From Bugula neritina (Eukaryota > Animalia > Bryozoa), in the NCBI GenBank assembly GCA_964035545.1, contig OZ037765.1, positions 26,287,504-26,351,503 of the forward strand: a stretch of 64,000 nt of DNA. Direction: 5' to 3'. A model generated the notes under the pieces. It did not search any database. It saw only the letters and a program-made list of their open reading frames with translations, and was not told where the DNA came from. Positions 39,185-53,715 of this stretch are shown here, piece after piece. Position numbers and translations under genes: made by a program. Numbering within the stretch: the stretch's first letter is position 1; every line of letters begins with the position of its first letter.

Positions 39185-42100
39185 ATGAAAGTGTTTTACG
39201 TAATTCTTTTTGGACTTCAACTAGTCTCATGTCAAAATATACAGTTAATTGATAATGGATACGAAAATGTGCTGATTGCCATATCAGATACTGTACCATA
39301 CAATGCTGATCTGGTACCCAGGATCAAGGTAAGTTATATAGTCACTTGACTTGACCCTTTAACTGTCTTAAAGATCATGTCTTGTGCGTGCCTATTTTTT
39401 GACGTAAAGGAGTTGAGGACCAATAAGTGCATAAGGATGTCATTAGCTTTAAAAAGGCTTTCATTAGATAAATAAATTCTTTCATGCCTTAAGCACTTTA
39501 GCCTTAATAATACTAGTATAGTCAAAAGTTTAAATTAAACTTTGAATTACATTATATTCACCTTTGGTGAAAATTGAAAAATGTTTATTTAGATGTGTGT
39601 TGCAAGTTTAAAAATATTGCTCAGAAATTTTTGTAACATTGCCTGGGTTTAACCCAATGTGAGAAAATACTCTATATTTACCATAAGAGTTAAATTAGCA
39701 ACATAAGCAGTAAGAAAGCTATCATTGAAGCTCGAAAATAATAAAACTAGAGAGATGATGGGTATTTTTCTTTAGGAGTTATTTAATGATGCATCAGCAA
39801 CTCTCTACAATGCCACTAGCCTCAGAGCTTTCTTCCGGAAGGTTACCATACTAGTCCCCTCTAGCTGGAACACACCAGGAGTTCATGCTGCTACCACCGA
39901 GTCCTTTACTAATGTAAATATGACCATCATTTTGTTCCCTTGGAGGTTTTTTTATAAATGAAGTGAATTTTCTGAAAAAAAAATAATTGAGAGGATTTAT
40001 TTCTCTTACTTAAAAACCTTGAAGCAAATGCTGTCCATAGATTAAGTTATATATGTTTGAATTTATAAAGAAGGGCACATGTTGAAAATTATTCAATAGT
40101 AAGATCACAAAATATTGTATCTATATATTTATGCAGTTGACAAGCATGTTATTACCTGATAATGTTGTACTTGATGAGTACAATATTGTTTAATTCTCAT
40201 TTCAAGATGTATTGTCTCTAGTGTGAACTGTTCCCTTATATCTCCAATACAGTTCAAAGCTGAATTTTAGCCTCAGGTTTTTCAAATAGAGTTTATTTTT
40301 TTAGTCTTAAGTTTTGTTTGTACTTTTGCCAAAAAATCATAGACTAACATTTCATTATGTAAGCTTATTTTATTTCGACTAAATATTTTATTCTTCAACA
40401 ATTATTGCTTTGTTTATCTACAAACAGGCTAATATTAGAATTGACAACCCATCAAGTAACTATGGTGACAACCCTTGGGTTAGACAAACAGGTGGTTGTG
40501 GTGTGCCTGGAGACTTCATGCATCTCACTCCTCGGTTTATTCTAGATAAAGCATATTCTACCAGAAAATGGGGCCCAACAGGTGAATATTTTGTTAAAAC
40601 AATGAAAGTTCCTAAAATGAAACACTGATTTTTATGCCATATAGTTACTGTTTCTATCAGCATTTCAAGCTTTTATAATGTATTTTTTACAGAGAAAGTG
40701 TTGGTTCATGAGTGGGGACATCTAAGGTGGGGTCTATTCGATGAGTATCCAATCGGTGATGAGATTACAGAACATTTCTACCAATCACCAACAACCAACA
40801 AAATTGAAGCATCTAGATGCAACATCAAAATACAAGGCAGGTTAAGAAACCGTCTAACAGGTGCTCTATGTGCACTGGACTTAGCTACATCACTTCCTGA
40901 ACCTGACTGCAGATACTTCCCAGACAGAAGGCAACCCAGAGCTTCATCTTCTCTCATGTACTACCACTACCTTTCTTCGGTAAGTTGTTAAACTGATAGT
41001 CAACTAAAGATATAAAATTCATGTTTGCTTTACAGCCACCATCTCTGATAGTGAGACTATTAAAAGTGACAATCTTTTCTACTAGTTCTGAAACTGTTCT
41101 ATTTAATAGCAACTGGAAATATATTATGTATATGCAAACATATTATATTCAATAGCATATCATATTATATGACTAATATGGTAGATTAGCACTTTCTGTG
41201 ATGACGATGAGTTTGGGTATAATTCTGTTCACAACTATGAAGCTCCAAGTCAACACAACAGACTTTGTGCTGGGAAATCTGCCTGGGGTGTCATGAGAGA
41301 CCATGTGGACTTTAAAGGTAAAGTAATGTATTTTTTGAACTAGCAAAAACTTGTGAAAATAAAAAAAATGAGCAAGTATAATATCTATCTTGCTGACTCT
41401 ATTTCTATATTTGTATTAGATAAAGGTTTTTCTTATGAAACTTTCTAAAACTGTGTTTTGCATTTAAGGTTGAAGCTTTTTTCTTTTGGTTGCAGTTAAC
41501 ACCTTGAAATGCTACAAATAGAACTCAAAATTTGTCTAATGAGCTACCAGTTTGAATATCCTATAATCTTTGCTAAGCATAAGAGTAGTTTACATTACCA
41601 AGTAACTATTAGAGCAAAAGGGTCCTAACCTGTTTATTTTTTAATTATGTTGAAATTCAACATTTCGCTGCAGCTTTTAAATTGTGCAAAGCTTTTCTCT
41701 GCACGGTTTTGTATTTAGCAGCTTTTAATAATTATAGTATGGGCAAGCTATAACATACGTACTTTCCATATATTCATTGTATATTAGGCCATGTAAAACT
41801 TAGCCTATACAAAATTTCTAATATAAACGTCAACAAAACTATAAAGATATGTTGTGACAGATTTCAACTTGTATATATTTTCATACATGTAGCTTTCAAT
41901 TTCAATTTGTAAGTGGTTAAAGCTAAAACTTTGAAAATTTGCAAAAAATACATTTTTTACTCAAGCTTGCTGAATTTTATGCAAAATATAAAGAAAGTCC
42001 ATTAGAGTTGGCACTTCTGCTAAATTAGGCTGATTTTTGCATGATTTATTTATTTACTTAAAATATTGAGTCAAATTTCTAGTAGACTTTTTGCATCAAG

Positions 42101-45100
42101 CATTAGTTTTGCAATCATGTAGCTCAATATTACAATTTCTCCAGGCTTCTCAATTTTATTTATACATTGGAAGATTAATACAAGATCATACAACTACCTG
42201 CGATGTACATAATATTTCTGCGAATGCAAATAAACTGCTTAAAATTGAGTTAAATATTCACAGGCCAGAATCCAGCTGCAGATGGAAAGACTATAAACAC
42301 AAGAGTTACATTTAATGTGGTGCAGAGACAGGAGAGTAGAGTTGTGTTGGTTATTGATGTATCTGGAAGTATGGTACGTTTATAATAAATAACTATGTTT
42401 ATAGTAGCTGTCAAATTCAACAAAAGCTAGTTTAACAATAATTTCTAAAAGCTGTTTTCTAAATTTATACGTCTTAGAAAAAATAAATAAAAAAAAATTT
42501 TTGGTCACAAGTTGGCTTAATTTTTTGCTAAACTATTAACTAACATAGTTTATGAAAAATCAATGAGCATGTACTTATATGTCATAATTTAACAAAGCAT
42601 ATCAATTGCATGTGTAAAAAAGCTAGCACAATTAGTGATTTAATTAACTAGTATGAGCAGCACTTGATTGCAGGCAGACAACAACTACTACATAAAAGTA
42701 AACGCTGCAGCTCGCAGATACCTGCTATATACTGCACCAGATGGAGCTAGTGTTGGTTTAGTTAAATACAGTAGCACTGCTACTACATTGACCAAGTCTC
42801 TTCGTAAAATTAATTCTCTGGCAGACAGGAAAGACTTGGCTAATTTAGTTCCACTTGAGAAACAAGGTGGTACTGCTATTGGCAGGGGATTACTGGCTGC
42901 TAAACAGGTGAGAAACTTTTTACTTTTAATCTAAAGTCTAATGTCCAATATTTATATACCCTAGTTATAATAAAACAGTAAGAGATGCTAAACTTCTTAA
43001 GTATATTTATTTGTTACTACCCCCCTCCCTCCCAACAGCAAATAGACATCATGATAGACTGATAACCTATAAATAAACACAGCTCATCATTTAAAACTAA
43101 TGTGAAAACAAAAGTTAAAAGCTTAGCTGTTTATTAAATATGATAGCGTAAATATATTTGCCTAAAATGGAATTAGTTTTATGAATAACATAGAATATTA
43201 GAATCTTGCATCTTGTGTCTCTATAGTCCATACTATCAAAGATTTTAATATTAACTATTCAACGGCAAAACCTCTATCGTTGTTTATTAATTTATTATAT
43301 TATAATTTCTACTTGCAAGTTGTTAACATTAAAAAATCCTTATGGATTATGCATTACTATTTTGTTAGAGATTCAATTATGAATACAAAACCAAGTTTTC
43401 AATCTTACAACTTGCAGAATAAATACTAGAACCCAGCCATTATTTGTTACAATGATTCTTTTGTTTGTCTTGTATAGTTTGAATGCATTATATGAGAACA
43501 TATCTTTGTGTCAGCTTTTGGAACAAAATGGTGGTCAGACAAAAGGCAGTCGTGTTGTTCTTCTAACTGACGGTGCAGAAACTATTGATCCAAAAGTTAG
43601 AGTTGTGAAACCCCAACTTTTAGCAGCTGGAATCAACATAGATACAGTTTTGCTGTCCAACAATGCAGATCCAGTTCTAATTTCTTTGGCAGCAAGCACA
43701 GGTAAGTAGCGATAACGTAAAACAACTTTTTGGCTACCTTCAAAGAAAAGTTTTTAATACCTAGAAACTTCTAAAATAAGTTTTATAATATCTATTCAGG
43801 TGGTTTGTCTTTCTTTGCATCTGGTGGTGATTTATCCACCAGTCTAGATGATGCTTTCACTACATCTGAGAGAGCTAGAATAAGTGATCCTAGAAAAATT
43901 CCCATCACTGTAAGTGTCTTGCTGTAATTTACTGACTAGAGTGATACAATCATTTATAGGCTATATTACACGCATTTATAATGTCTAGATTCATCATATG
44001 ATGATATCAAATTTTATAAAATTTAGATTTATTTGAGACTTAAATCTTAAATATTTTACAAGATCGAAAGTCGAGCAGTTGCTGTTGACAAGAAGTCAGA
44101 AGAATGCTATGATGTGGTAATCGACAAAAGTTTGGGTTTGCGAACAACATTTACATTTAGCTGGGTAGTTGGCAGCCAACTAAATATAAGACTGACTGAG
44201 AGTGATGGTAAAGTAAACACAGCTGTACTGGAGAATGGAAACAAAGCAGCAACTTACAGATGCCTTGGTGAATGCTCGGTAAATTTAAAACTTATATTGT
44301 TATATTTTTATTAGAGTAATTAAGGAAAAATATTATTAATTCTACTTGTACGACAGTTAGAGTATTGTGAGTTTAACTCTATTTTTACAGACAGGAAAAT
44401 GGACCACCTGCATTAAGAATCCAACAAATAAAAAAGTTGACGTTATATCTCAAGTGGAATCAACGGCTAGAAATCAGAGAGCTAAACGTAGCACCAACAG
44501 TACTGTGAACGAAGATTTGATGCCGATTACTGTTAGAACACAGATATTTAATGAAAACCCGGATTTTAACAAAAAAAGTAATATTTAGAATTACTTTGCT
44601 TTATTCAATCATTGCAGGAAAACCTACGAAAACAGGAAAAATAGTTTACATTAGGTATCACTCAAGTACAAAAAATAAACTTGTTCAAACAAGCTTTTTA
44701 ATTTTGTGAAATTTATATAATAATTATATTTAGATTAGTGTTTGCTTAAAGTTTACATCTCCTAGGAACCCCTTCTTCAAGTGAGCTAAGGGCTGTAATT
44801 GCTTTGGCACAAGAGCGATTGAGACTGGGTGATCTTCCTGAAGTCACCAAAAGTCTTTTTATTGAAAAATAGTGTTAAATGTTGCTTCATAATTTCTAAC
44901 TCAAAAATATGCAGCAAGATAAAGATTTTAAATCAACGGATACTGCATGTTAAACTTATTTTAATTACTTTATTAATATTTTGTGTCCTTATTGTATGTT
45001 GAACAGATGCAGAGCCAGTGTCAGTGTTTGCTACTGTGACCCGTGGATACTCACCAGTGATTGGTGCCAAAGTAGTCGCTACTATAGAATATCCAGGTTC

Positions 45101-46551
45101 TTATCCCAAATCAGAACTTGAGATGAGAGATAATGGAGCAGGAGCTGATATTATTGAAGGAGATGGCACATACTCCGCTTACATCATGAACTCTCAGACT
45201 AAAGGGCGACACACAATCTCTGTTAGGGTTACTGGCAGCAATGAGACTAGTGTCAAGAAAGTTTTCTCTTACAGCCCTGCTGGAGCTATATCTGGTTAGT
45301 GTGCTGGGAAACTACCATTATAATATCCCATAGCTTTGCATTATGGAATGGTGGTGAAAAACAATTGGCATTTAATTTTCAATAAGACTTTGGTTGTTGT
45401 AAAAAGTTACTGCTAAAACTCACTGTCTCAATACTACACTGTTTTATATAGAATTAACTCATAAAATGGCCACAAAAACAAGATATCACATGAAAAAAGT
45501 CGTTTGAAGTAATATGCACTGGTTCTGGTATGTTCATTAAAATAAACTGATTATGGTACATTAGGCTGTTATGGTGCAATGTGCTTCTGACTGTAGAACC
45601 GGGAGAACCAGTCAACAGTCAAGCAGTAAAACTCATACCAACAGATGAATTCCAGAGGTTCTCCCTCGCTGGACTCATTGATGTAAAGAGTGTTGCTCCG
45701 CCAAATAAAGACTTTCATGCACCATCAAGAATTCTTGATCTGAAAGTGACAGAAGCATCTTATAATGAAAGTAGAGTGGTATTAGAGTGGACGGCAGTTG
45801 GTGATGATTTAGATAGCGGAACAGGTATACAGTTTTTTCTCCAACTATTTTAGTCTGTAATTAGACTTGAGTGCTGCTAAAAAAATTTTACAGAAACAAA
45901 ATCCAGTTCTGTGAATTGGGAATACTAATTCCTATAAAAAGTTTTGTCCCTAGCTACTGGGATTCGAACCTCAGACCTCCGGGCACACTAACCATTACAC
46001 AATAGGGACCACTGGGTTATCAAAACACTGCACAATTTCACAGTTGATATAAAATTTGCTTCCAACTGTGCTATAAATAGTTCAACTTTCTAAACGGTTT
46101 TAAAATTTCAGCTTCTTATTATGAGCTGTTGAAAGCTGACAGTCACAAAGTATTCTATAAAGCCAAAGAAAATGCCACACAAGTTGATGATGCAGATGTG
46201 ATCAGTGGTAACTTGAGTTCTCCATCTCCAGCCTACACCAGAGAAAAACTGGTTCTGAATATACAGGATAGAGACGACATATCTGTGTATGCTATCATTG
46301 CTAAGGATGATGCAGGAAATGCAGGACAGTTATCCAACATTGTTTCTGTTAAACTTGTCTCTGCATCTTCAACTGGCCAACCATCAATCACTGAATCACC
46401 AACCACCCCCTCTCTTAATCCACTCCGTCAGACTGCTGTGGTCGCTGCCATTGTAATTGGTTCTGTTTGTATCAGCAGCCTCATTATTATGCTGATAATT
46501 GTGATACATAAAAATAGAACCAAGAAATCTAAGAAAAATTATGTAGCTTAA
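39185..46551 (+). CDS. CLCA-like protein copy 2 (apparently intact, short stalk + TM)
   Basis: ATG at 39185 (MKVFYVILFGLQLVSCQNIQLIDNGYENV). Same exon series and phases as copy 1, with HEWGH (40707) and IDVSGSM (~42354). TM AVVAAIVIGSVCISSLIIMLIIVI, stop at 46549-46551. Confidence 0.92.
44790..44860 (-). mobile_element. SINE body fragment (family A)
   Basis: ggcacaagagcgattgagactgggtgatcttcctgaagtcaccaa resembles 53596-53640 (ggcacaagagcaattatgactggatgctcttcctatcatcaccaa). Confidence 0.5.
45950..46000 (-). mobile_element. Truncated tRNA-like SINE head
   Basis: Reverse complement gtgtaatggttag...gaggttcgaatccc (A and B boxes) lacking an anticodon arm. Confidence 0.5.
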
Positions 46552-49500
46552 TGTCACCAATTAAATTTTAATCTGTATTTGCTTAAAATATTTATTGACC
46601 TTTTTTAAAGTGTTAATTAAATGCTATTTAATTTATACAATAATATTGTAATTTGCTAATTGAGTGCAAACAATTGCTTATGTCTGGTTTGTTTAAAGTT
46701 GTTTTATTCATAAAAAAATAATAAACTGATATTTGTTGAAATCGAAATACCGTATATATTTCTTGATAATAATTTCGTCATTTTTGCAAGTAACTTTCCA
46801 AGTTTAGCTTATTTGTAAATTTTGTAGTTTAACACTCAGTTTATAGTTTATATGACTGCCAAAGTTCTCCTCAAATTTTACATAATATACTATATTTGGG
46901 ATTTATTAGTCAAAATTTTGTGCCTGGAAAGAGAATGACTTGACTAAAACAATCATCTGACTTATAAAAAGCAGTATTTGTGGTTATATCAGATATGAAT
47001 AGCAGTAAGTCAGAAGAAAATTAAATTCAGAGCACAAACAACTAGAAGCTCCTCAAATAAGCAAATATGATAACTGGGTAGGTTAGCTTCCTCAGTGAGA
47101 GAGAGTTTCTTTCATACTTTGTAGTTGTTATGTGACAGTTTTATAACTTTCAGCTACTGCAAGATGTTAAAAGAAAACTGTTCAGTCAAAATGCAATCAT
47201 ATGGAGTGTATATGAATAGCTTCTAAGCTTATTAACCTGAATAGCACATTCTAAATAGTACAGCATGCCTGTGCAGCATCTACAGGCATTAGATAGCGGA
47301 GAGTAAAGCACCTTATCTATATGGTTTTACTTTCTAACTTATCACTAAAAAGGGGATGAGAGAGTCATTAGTGAGATAACTGATGCCTTACCAAGTTGGC
47401 GGATCAACAAAAATGTAGCCGTCATATAACCAGTTTTAAACTCACCATCAGTACAAGTTGCATAAAGATATACTTAGAAAATTGAAAAGCTACTAGTCAA
47501 AGCTTCAAAAAAATAACCTCCTTTATATATAAATTTTATACTTCAGAATTAGCATCAAATCTAAATATAATATAATGTAGTATAATATACACATTATGCT
47601 AATAACATTTACCGGTTTTTGTGTGCATTAAAACACACACTAATGCATTCTTTGATACAGCCTTGAAAACTGCTAGTCATGGTATTGTCTCATTGGACAA
47701 ATTTACATGAGGATGATAATCTGACACGATTCAAGGGTGCTGATACTGGATCCACCACTGAAGGTAGGCTTGTTATCTAACAGCCATTGACAGTATTTGG
47801 CGACAGTTGAAGTCTATTGCTTTACCGGAGTGGATTGGTATATGCAACTGGCTGCAATGAAGCTCATAATTATTAGTCTAGCACTTTTTGTTGGACATTT
47901 TGTCTCAAGTCAGAAAATACAGCTTGTCAACAATGGATATGAAAATATTTTAGTGTCAATTTCAGACACCATACCATATGATCCTGATCTGGTGCCCAGA
48001 CTTAAGGTAGGCAAGCTTTCTGCAGAATAATCACATGTCAGGTATTTTATTTTAAAAACCTTAGCAGAATTTTCTAGAACTGTTGACATATTTTACTATT
48101 TTTATTATTTAAATACTTTATTTTAACTGCAAAACACTAAATTGCTTTCTTAGCAAGAAATAAATAATTTAAGGTCTTTATCGATTTTGCTTTTAAAACA
48201 TAGTTTGATGCAACATTGTCAAACTTAAACCTGATTTTTGGAAAGTTTTAAATTTTTTTATTTACTCATACTCTAGTGCATCATTAAAATTGGCAGCAAT
48301 TTAAAAATAAAGCTGCACCAAATTGTAAAGTCCAAGCTTAACTACCAACAAAATTGTTTATATATAACTCGGCAGGCAAATTATTCTACAATGCAATCAT
48401 GTACGACATCATTAAATTTTCCTACTAAAACTTATATATATTGCATGGTTATTATTGTAGTTATTGCAAAATAAATATAAAATATTATATTCTATAAATA
48501 CGGTAGTTACGTGAATAGAGCAAACGGCTAAAAATACAATTATGGCTGGTTTAAAAACACAAATGAACTAATTTTCCTATTGAAGGTGAAAGAATCTATT
48601 TATGTCTATCAGTATTGGAAAAATTATAAAAAAGTACACAAATTAAAAATATTTTGAATAAAGTCAGAGTAATACGTTAACATAAATGAAAACACTCAAG
48701 TAATAGTATTTGTTCCGGAGGTTATATTGCCTAATGTATATTAAAGCAATACAGCACCTTTCTTAATTTTAAAAGCTATTAAAACCAACTTTGAAAATAA
48801 CTAGAGTTCTAATAATTTGTATGGCATTGTACTAGTACTACAAAATTCAATAGAACATTGATAAAAACAGGGAATAAGGAAAGTGAATAAATAAAAACTG
48901 CTATCGGAACACGGAAGAACTATTCACCTGGCTTATCAATTAAAATGACTATCAAATATTTGATGCTATACCAAAACTAACAGTACCATATCAAGTATTC
49001 AAATTTCTACTTTTGTTGGGTTTCTAAGTTGTTGTTTGCTTTTGGAATTTGGTGCCTTTATTCTTTACTTGATATAAACACATTCTCATGCGACAAATAA
49101 ATAATAAAACTAATGTTGAAGTTAACACTTAACAGCAGTAAGCATATCATGGTTATCAGAGATAATATATACAACCAAAACTTTCATTTTTATGCATTAA
49201 TATAAAAGAAAGTATGTTATTACTAAAAAAAACTAGTTACTGAAATTTCTGTTAGACAAACTTTAGGTTTGCTTTCTATTTTGTAGGAAATCTTTAATGC
49301 AGGTTCTGCTACACTATTTCAAGCAACTGGATTCAGAGCTTACTTCAAGAGCGTGACTATTCTCGTACCAACCAGCTGGAATGTTACTGGGGCAAAGGCA
49401 GCCACAACAGAGTCATTTGATAAGGTCTGACAATATTATAATTATTAGTGCTGGTTTTATATGTATATGTTCCAACCTAAAAATATACGAACCCTGTTGC

Positions 49501-49900
49501 TTTATTTTATAATGAGTGACATACATGTATGCAACAATAATTTAGGCCTATGTATTATTTTAAAAGCAGTTTTAACATTTTGATAAAATGGGTCAAAAAT
49601 AACTGTGATTATCAATTTTTACTTTTATTCTTAAAAATTTAGAGCTTTAATTAATCTACTCGCTAACAACCTGGAAATTTAAATTAAAGCTGATTAAGTT
49701 ATTAAAAATTTGTTAAGTTCTTATAATGTTTTGCGATAAAATTAGAAAGGGCAAATTTTTCAGACTGCTTTCAAATCTTTTTAAAGTATTGCATGTGTTT
49801 TTTATCTGCAACGTATGATGGTAACACTTTTTTAAAGTGTACAAAGTGCCAATTATATAATTTAAACTTGGTTGCAGTATAAATTTAGCAGCTTGTGCAT

Positions 49901-49905
<5 letters not shown>

Positions 49906-49982
<77 letters not shown>
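49906..49982. repeat. (TA)n microsatellite
   Basis: Direct inspection; lies about 25 nt before the acceptor of CLCA copy 3 exon 3. Confidence 0.98.
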
Positions 49983-49985
<3 letters not shown>

Positions 49986-51162
49986 GCTTTTTATCTTGCA
50001 AACAGGCTAATATTAGAATTGACAACCCATCAAGTAACTATGGTGACAACCCTTGGGTTAGACAAACAGGTGGTTGTGGGGTGCCTGGAGACTTCATGCA
50101 TCTCACTCCTCGGTTTATTCTAGATAAAGCATATTCTACCAGAAAATGGGGCCCAACAGGTGAATATATATTATGTCTACAACTAGAAATATGGTTTTAG
50201 AGCACAGCAAATTAATTTTAGTTTAAATTATTACTCGGGTAGATTAATTGTAGCATAATGTATTTGTTACAGAGAAAGTGTTGGTTCATGAGTGGGGACA
50301 TCTAAGGTGGGGTTTGTTTGATGAGTATCCAATCGGTGATGAGATTACAGAACATTTCTACCAATCACCAACAACCAACAAAATTGAACCATCTCGATGC
50401 AATATAAATGTGAAGGGTAGAATGCGACACCGAATGACAGGTGCTCCTTGCAATATGGATCCAGTGACATCACTTCCTGAACCTGACTGCAGATACTACC
50501 CAGACAGAAGGCAAACCAAGGCTTCATCTTCTCTCATGTATTACCATTTCCTTCCTTCGGTAAGCACGGAGCATTAAAGAATTCATGAGACTTTACTCAT
50601 AATTATTCAGTATACAATGGAGTTGTCTACTCTAGTTTATATAGGCAGTGTGATGTCATCATGTAGAACGTCCTTGCTAAATATTATAACCATAATAGCG
50701 ATGCAGGTCTTTATTTGAGTACCACAGCAATGGTTTAGACTTTAAACATACAAGCAGTTGATAAAATTCAGGTAAATTCTCTAGTTGGTTTGTTCAAGAA
50801 GCGGGAGTTGCAAAAACAATTATTTGAAAGCAAAATTTTCTTTTTTATGTACTATATTCTATAATATAGTATAATACAATGTAATATAATATAATATGTT
50901 ATATCGCATTACATTTTTATATAAAATAATAATATAATAAATACAATGAAATATATTGTTAGATAATATAATATTATATAGCCTATAATGTAATTGCAAT
51001 ACAATATATATAAATTTCAAGACAGCATCAAATTGCTGAACTGTCCTCACATTTATGCTATAAAAGTGTGTTACACATACAAGCTTGAAATGCTGCACCA
51101 TTTTTGCATGTATTGTATTATAATAGTTTTCTAAAGTTGTTGCATTGTGGTCTTATAGAGAG

Positions 51163-51240
51163 CAGAAGTGGTCTAGTGGTTAGAGCGCTGACCTAGTAAG
51201 TGCTAGGTCAAGGGTTCGAATCCTAGCAGGGCCACTTGCA
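51163..51240 (+). mobile_element. tRNA-Thr(AGT)-like pseudogene / SINE head (family A)
   Basis: GTGGTCTAGTGGTTAGAGCG..CTAGTAA..GGTTCGAATCC. A and B boxes are intact, but the acceptor and anticodon stems do not pair. Confidence 0.65.
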
Positions 51241-51842
51241 ATATCAAACGTTATTATAATAGTATAAGTTCTAAAACAAAAAGTTGGTGAGGGGCAGTGC
51301 TTAGTCTGGTTAAATATACTTACCAACAGGGGTTCTCACAGAGATAGGGACTTTAGGCAAATGAGAGTTATTTCAACATATTAGTGTTATACTTTTTGTA
51401 GTGTTATATGCTATATAAGTTAATATTAAAACACATATATTATAATAAATTTCCAGATTAGCACTTTTTGTGATGACGATGAGTTTGGAATAGATTCTGT
51501 TCACAACTATGAAGCTCCAAGTCAACATAACAGACTTTGTGCTGGAAAATCCTCCTGGGGGGTTATGAGAGACCATGTAGACTTTAAAGGTAATATTATT
51601 TGTTTTTTTTATATAAATATTTTAGCCACATTGCAAAAATTATAATTCTAATGAGCCTGGTTATGATAGACTTAATAAAAAAATATTATGGTTATTTTTT
51701 TAGGAATCTTAGTTTTTTCAATAGCTATTGTATATGTGTTGTAATAACAGATTCTAGTTATATGCATGTATGGCTCTTATGATTATCATGTTGATTATGA
51801 TAGTAAGTGGATACAGTTAGTACCGAGTTGTGTAAAACAACT

Positions 51843-51955
51843 GCCCCTACCGGGAATTGAACCTCAGACTTCCTCCACTCTTAAGGGTAGTACTACGCAA
51901 CCCTCAGGGCCGAAACAGCTTGTATAGTAACTAACCCCACCAGGAATCGTGCTAC
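51843..51955 (-). mobile_element. tRNA-derived SINE fragments (family B)
   Basis: Reverse B-box gggaattgaacctc plus a body shared with 14955-15025. Confidence 0.5.
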
Positions 51956-53524
51956 CCTTACATCATAAGGGGCTACTGGGGAATCTAAACAGTGTCATAA
52001 TTGTAAGCAGAAAATAAAATTTAATCTGTATATACATACTGTAATAATAATAATAAAAATATACTTGAGTCAGTTTTATGATGCTAGCATAATAGTTTGT
52101 TGCTCTAATACTAACACTATGAGACTGGCTGAGATGCATATAGTAGTTGTAGAGTTTTATTTTACAGTTTCGATTTAGATTTAATTCTAAGGTTTCACTT
52201 TAGAGTTTGTGGCTACTGCTATAGTCCACATTAGCAGATTTATTTTAAGGTTCAATTATCTTGTATTATAGATTATAGATTTAGCCAACAATTTTGTTTT
52301 TAGCAACTTTTGTCTAGTTCAATCTACTTTTAAATTCAACTGTGAAACCTACAGTAAAATAAATAACATCAAATCTAATATATAAATCAAGTGAGAGTGG
52401 TATGAAACAAAATACAAGAAAATCATATGTTTAAATTAAAGTTGCAGCACAGTAGAAATTATTTAAAAACACATAATATAGTTAAGCTAAAAAACTACTT
52501 TCATACTCAATAGTGTCTTACTGCTGTGGAGGAATTATACTTCGTATTGTAAGGTCTCTACTTTCATTGCTTATATTTAGAAAAGCTTAGTCAAGATGGT
52601 TATTTAGATTAATAATTAAAAGTTGTTTTGCTAGAGAGCTTGATGCTGGACTTAGGATGGTATAATTTATATTATTTTGGATATCGCTAGTATACAGTGG
52701 GCTGACTATAAACCCTGAATGATTGTTATGCAACAGAGCTTATGTGAATACAAAGAAACTGCATAAAATTGTGTTAAATATTCACAGGTCAGAATCCAGC
52801 TGCAGATGGAAAGACTATAAACACAAGTGTTACATTTAATGTGGTGCAGAGACAGGAGAGTAGAGTTGTGTTGGTTATTGATGTATCTGGAAGTATGGTA
52901 TGTTTATTTTTATAGTAGCTGTCAGATTCTCTTTTAATAACACATACTACTAACAATTTTCAAACTTCATTTTTCCAAACATAGTAAGTGAATAAAATTT
53001 TTAGCTTTAATTTTATTTATTTAATCACAAGTTGGCTCAATTTTTTGCTGAAATATTAAGTAACATTATTTAAAAAAACATTAACCAACATGCACTTCTA
53101 TGCCATGATGATAGCAACTGTGTAAAGATAATTAACCTGTTTTTAGTGATTTAATTAACTAGTATGAGCTGTACTTCATTACAGGCAAACAACAACTACT
53201 ACATAAAAGTAAACGCTGCAGCTCGCAGATACCTACTATATACTGCACCAGATGGAGCTAGTGTTGGTTTAGTTAAATACAGCAGCACTGCTACTATATT
53301 GACCACGTCCCTTCGTAAAATTAATTCTCTGGCAGACAGGAAGGACTTGGCTAATTTAGTTCCACTTGAGAAAGATGGTGGTACTGCTATTGGCAGGGGA
53401 TTACTGGCTGCTAAACGGGTGAGATATCTTTACTTTTAGTTTAGACACTATTCTTGAAGATGCCTAATATTTACACTTTAATTATAATAAAGAGAGCATA
53501 AAAAAACTCACACAAGTTTATAGT

Positions 53525-53715
53525 TGCTATCCCCGTGAGAAAACCCCTGATGGACGGGGTTTTTGTTAAAACGGGCTATGGACTTATTAAGATGAGGCAC
53601 AAGAGCAATTATGACTGGATGCTCTTCCTATCATCACCAATGGCCTTTGTATGGGATCTAACCCATGACTTTCGTGCTTACTAGGCAAACGCTCTAACTC
53701 CTAGACCACGCCGTA
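53525..53715 (-). mobile_element. Near full-length tRNA-Thr-derived SINE (family A)
   Basis: Reverse complement GGCGTGGTCTAGGAGTTAGAGCGTTTGCCTAGTAAGCACG..GGGTTAGATCCC, followed by a body with the hairpin aaaacccc-tgatggac-ggggtttt. No equivalent seen in the corresponding intron of copy 2. Confidence 0.65.

Noticed and set aside
51163-51240. Functional tRNA-Thr gene
   Set aside because: Acceptor and anticodon stems do not pair, and related degenerate copies exist nearby; treated as a SINE head/pseudogene.
51470-51500. Apparent TAG stop in CLCA copy 3 exon 5
   Set aside because: Out of frame; the coding frame reads GGA ATA GAT (G-I-D).
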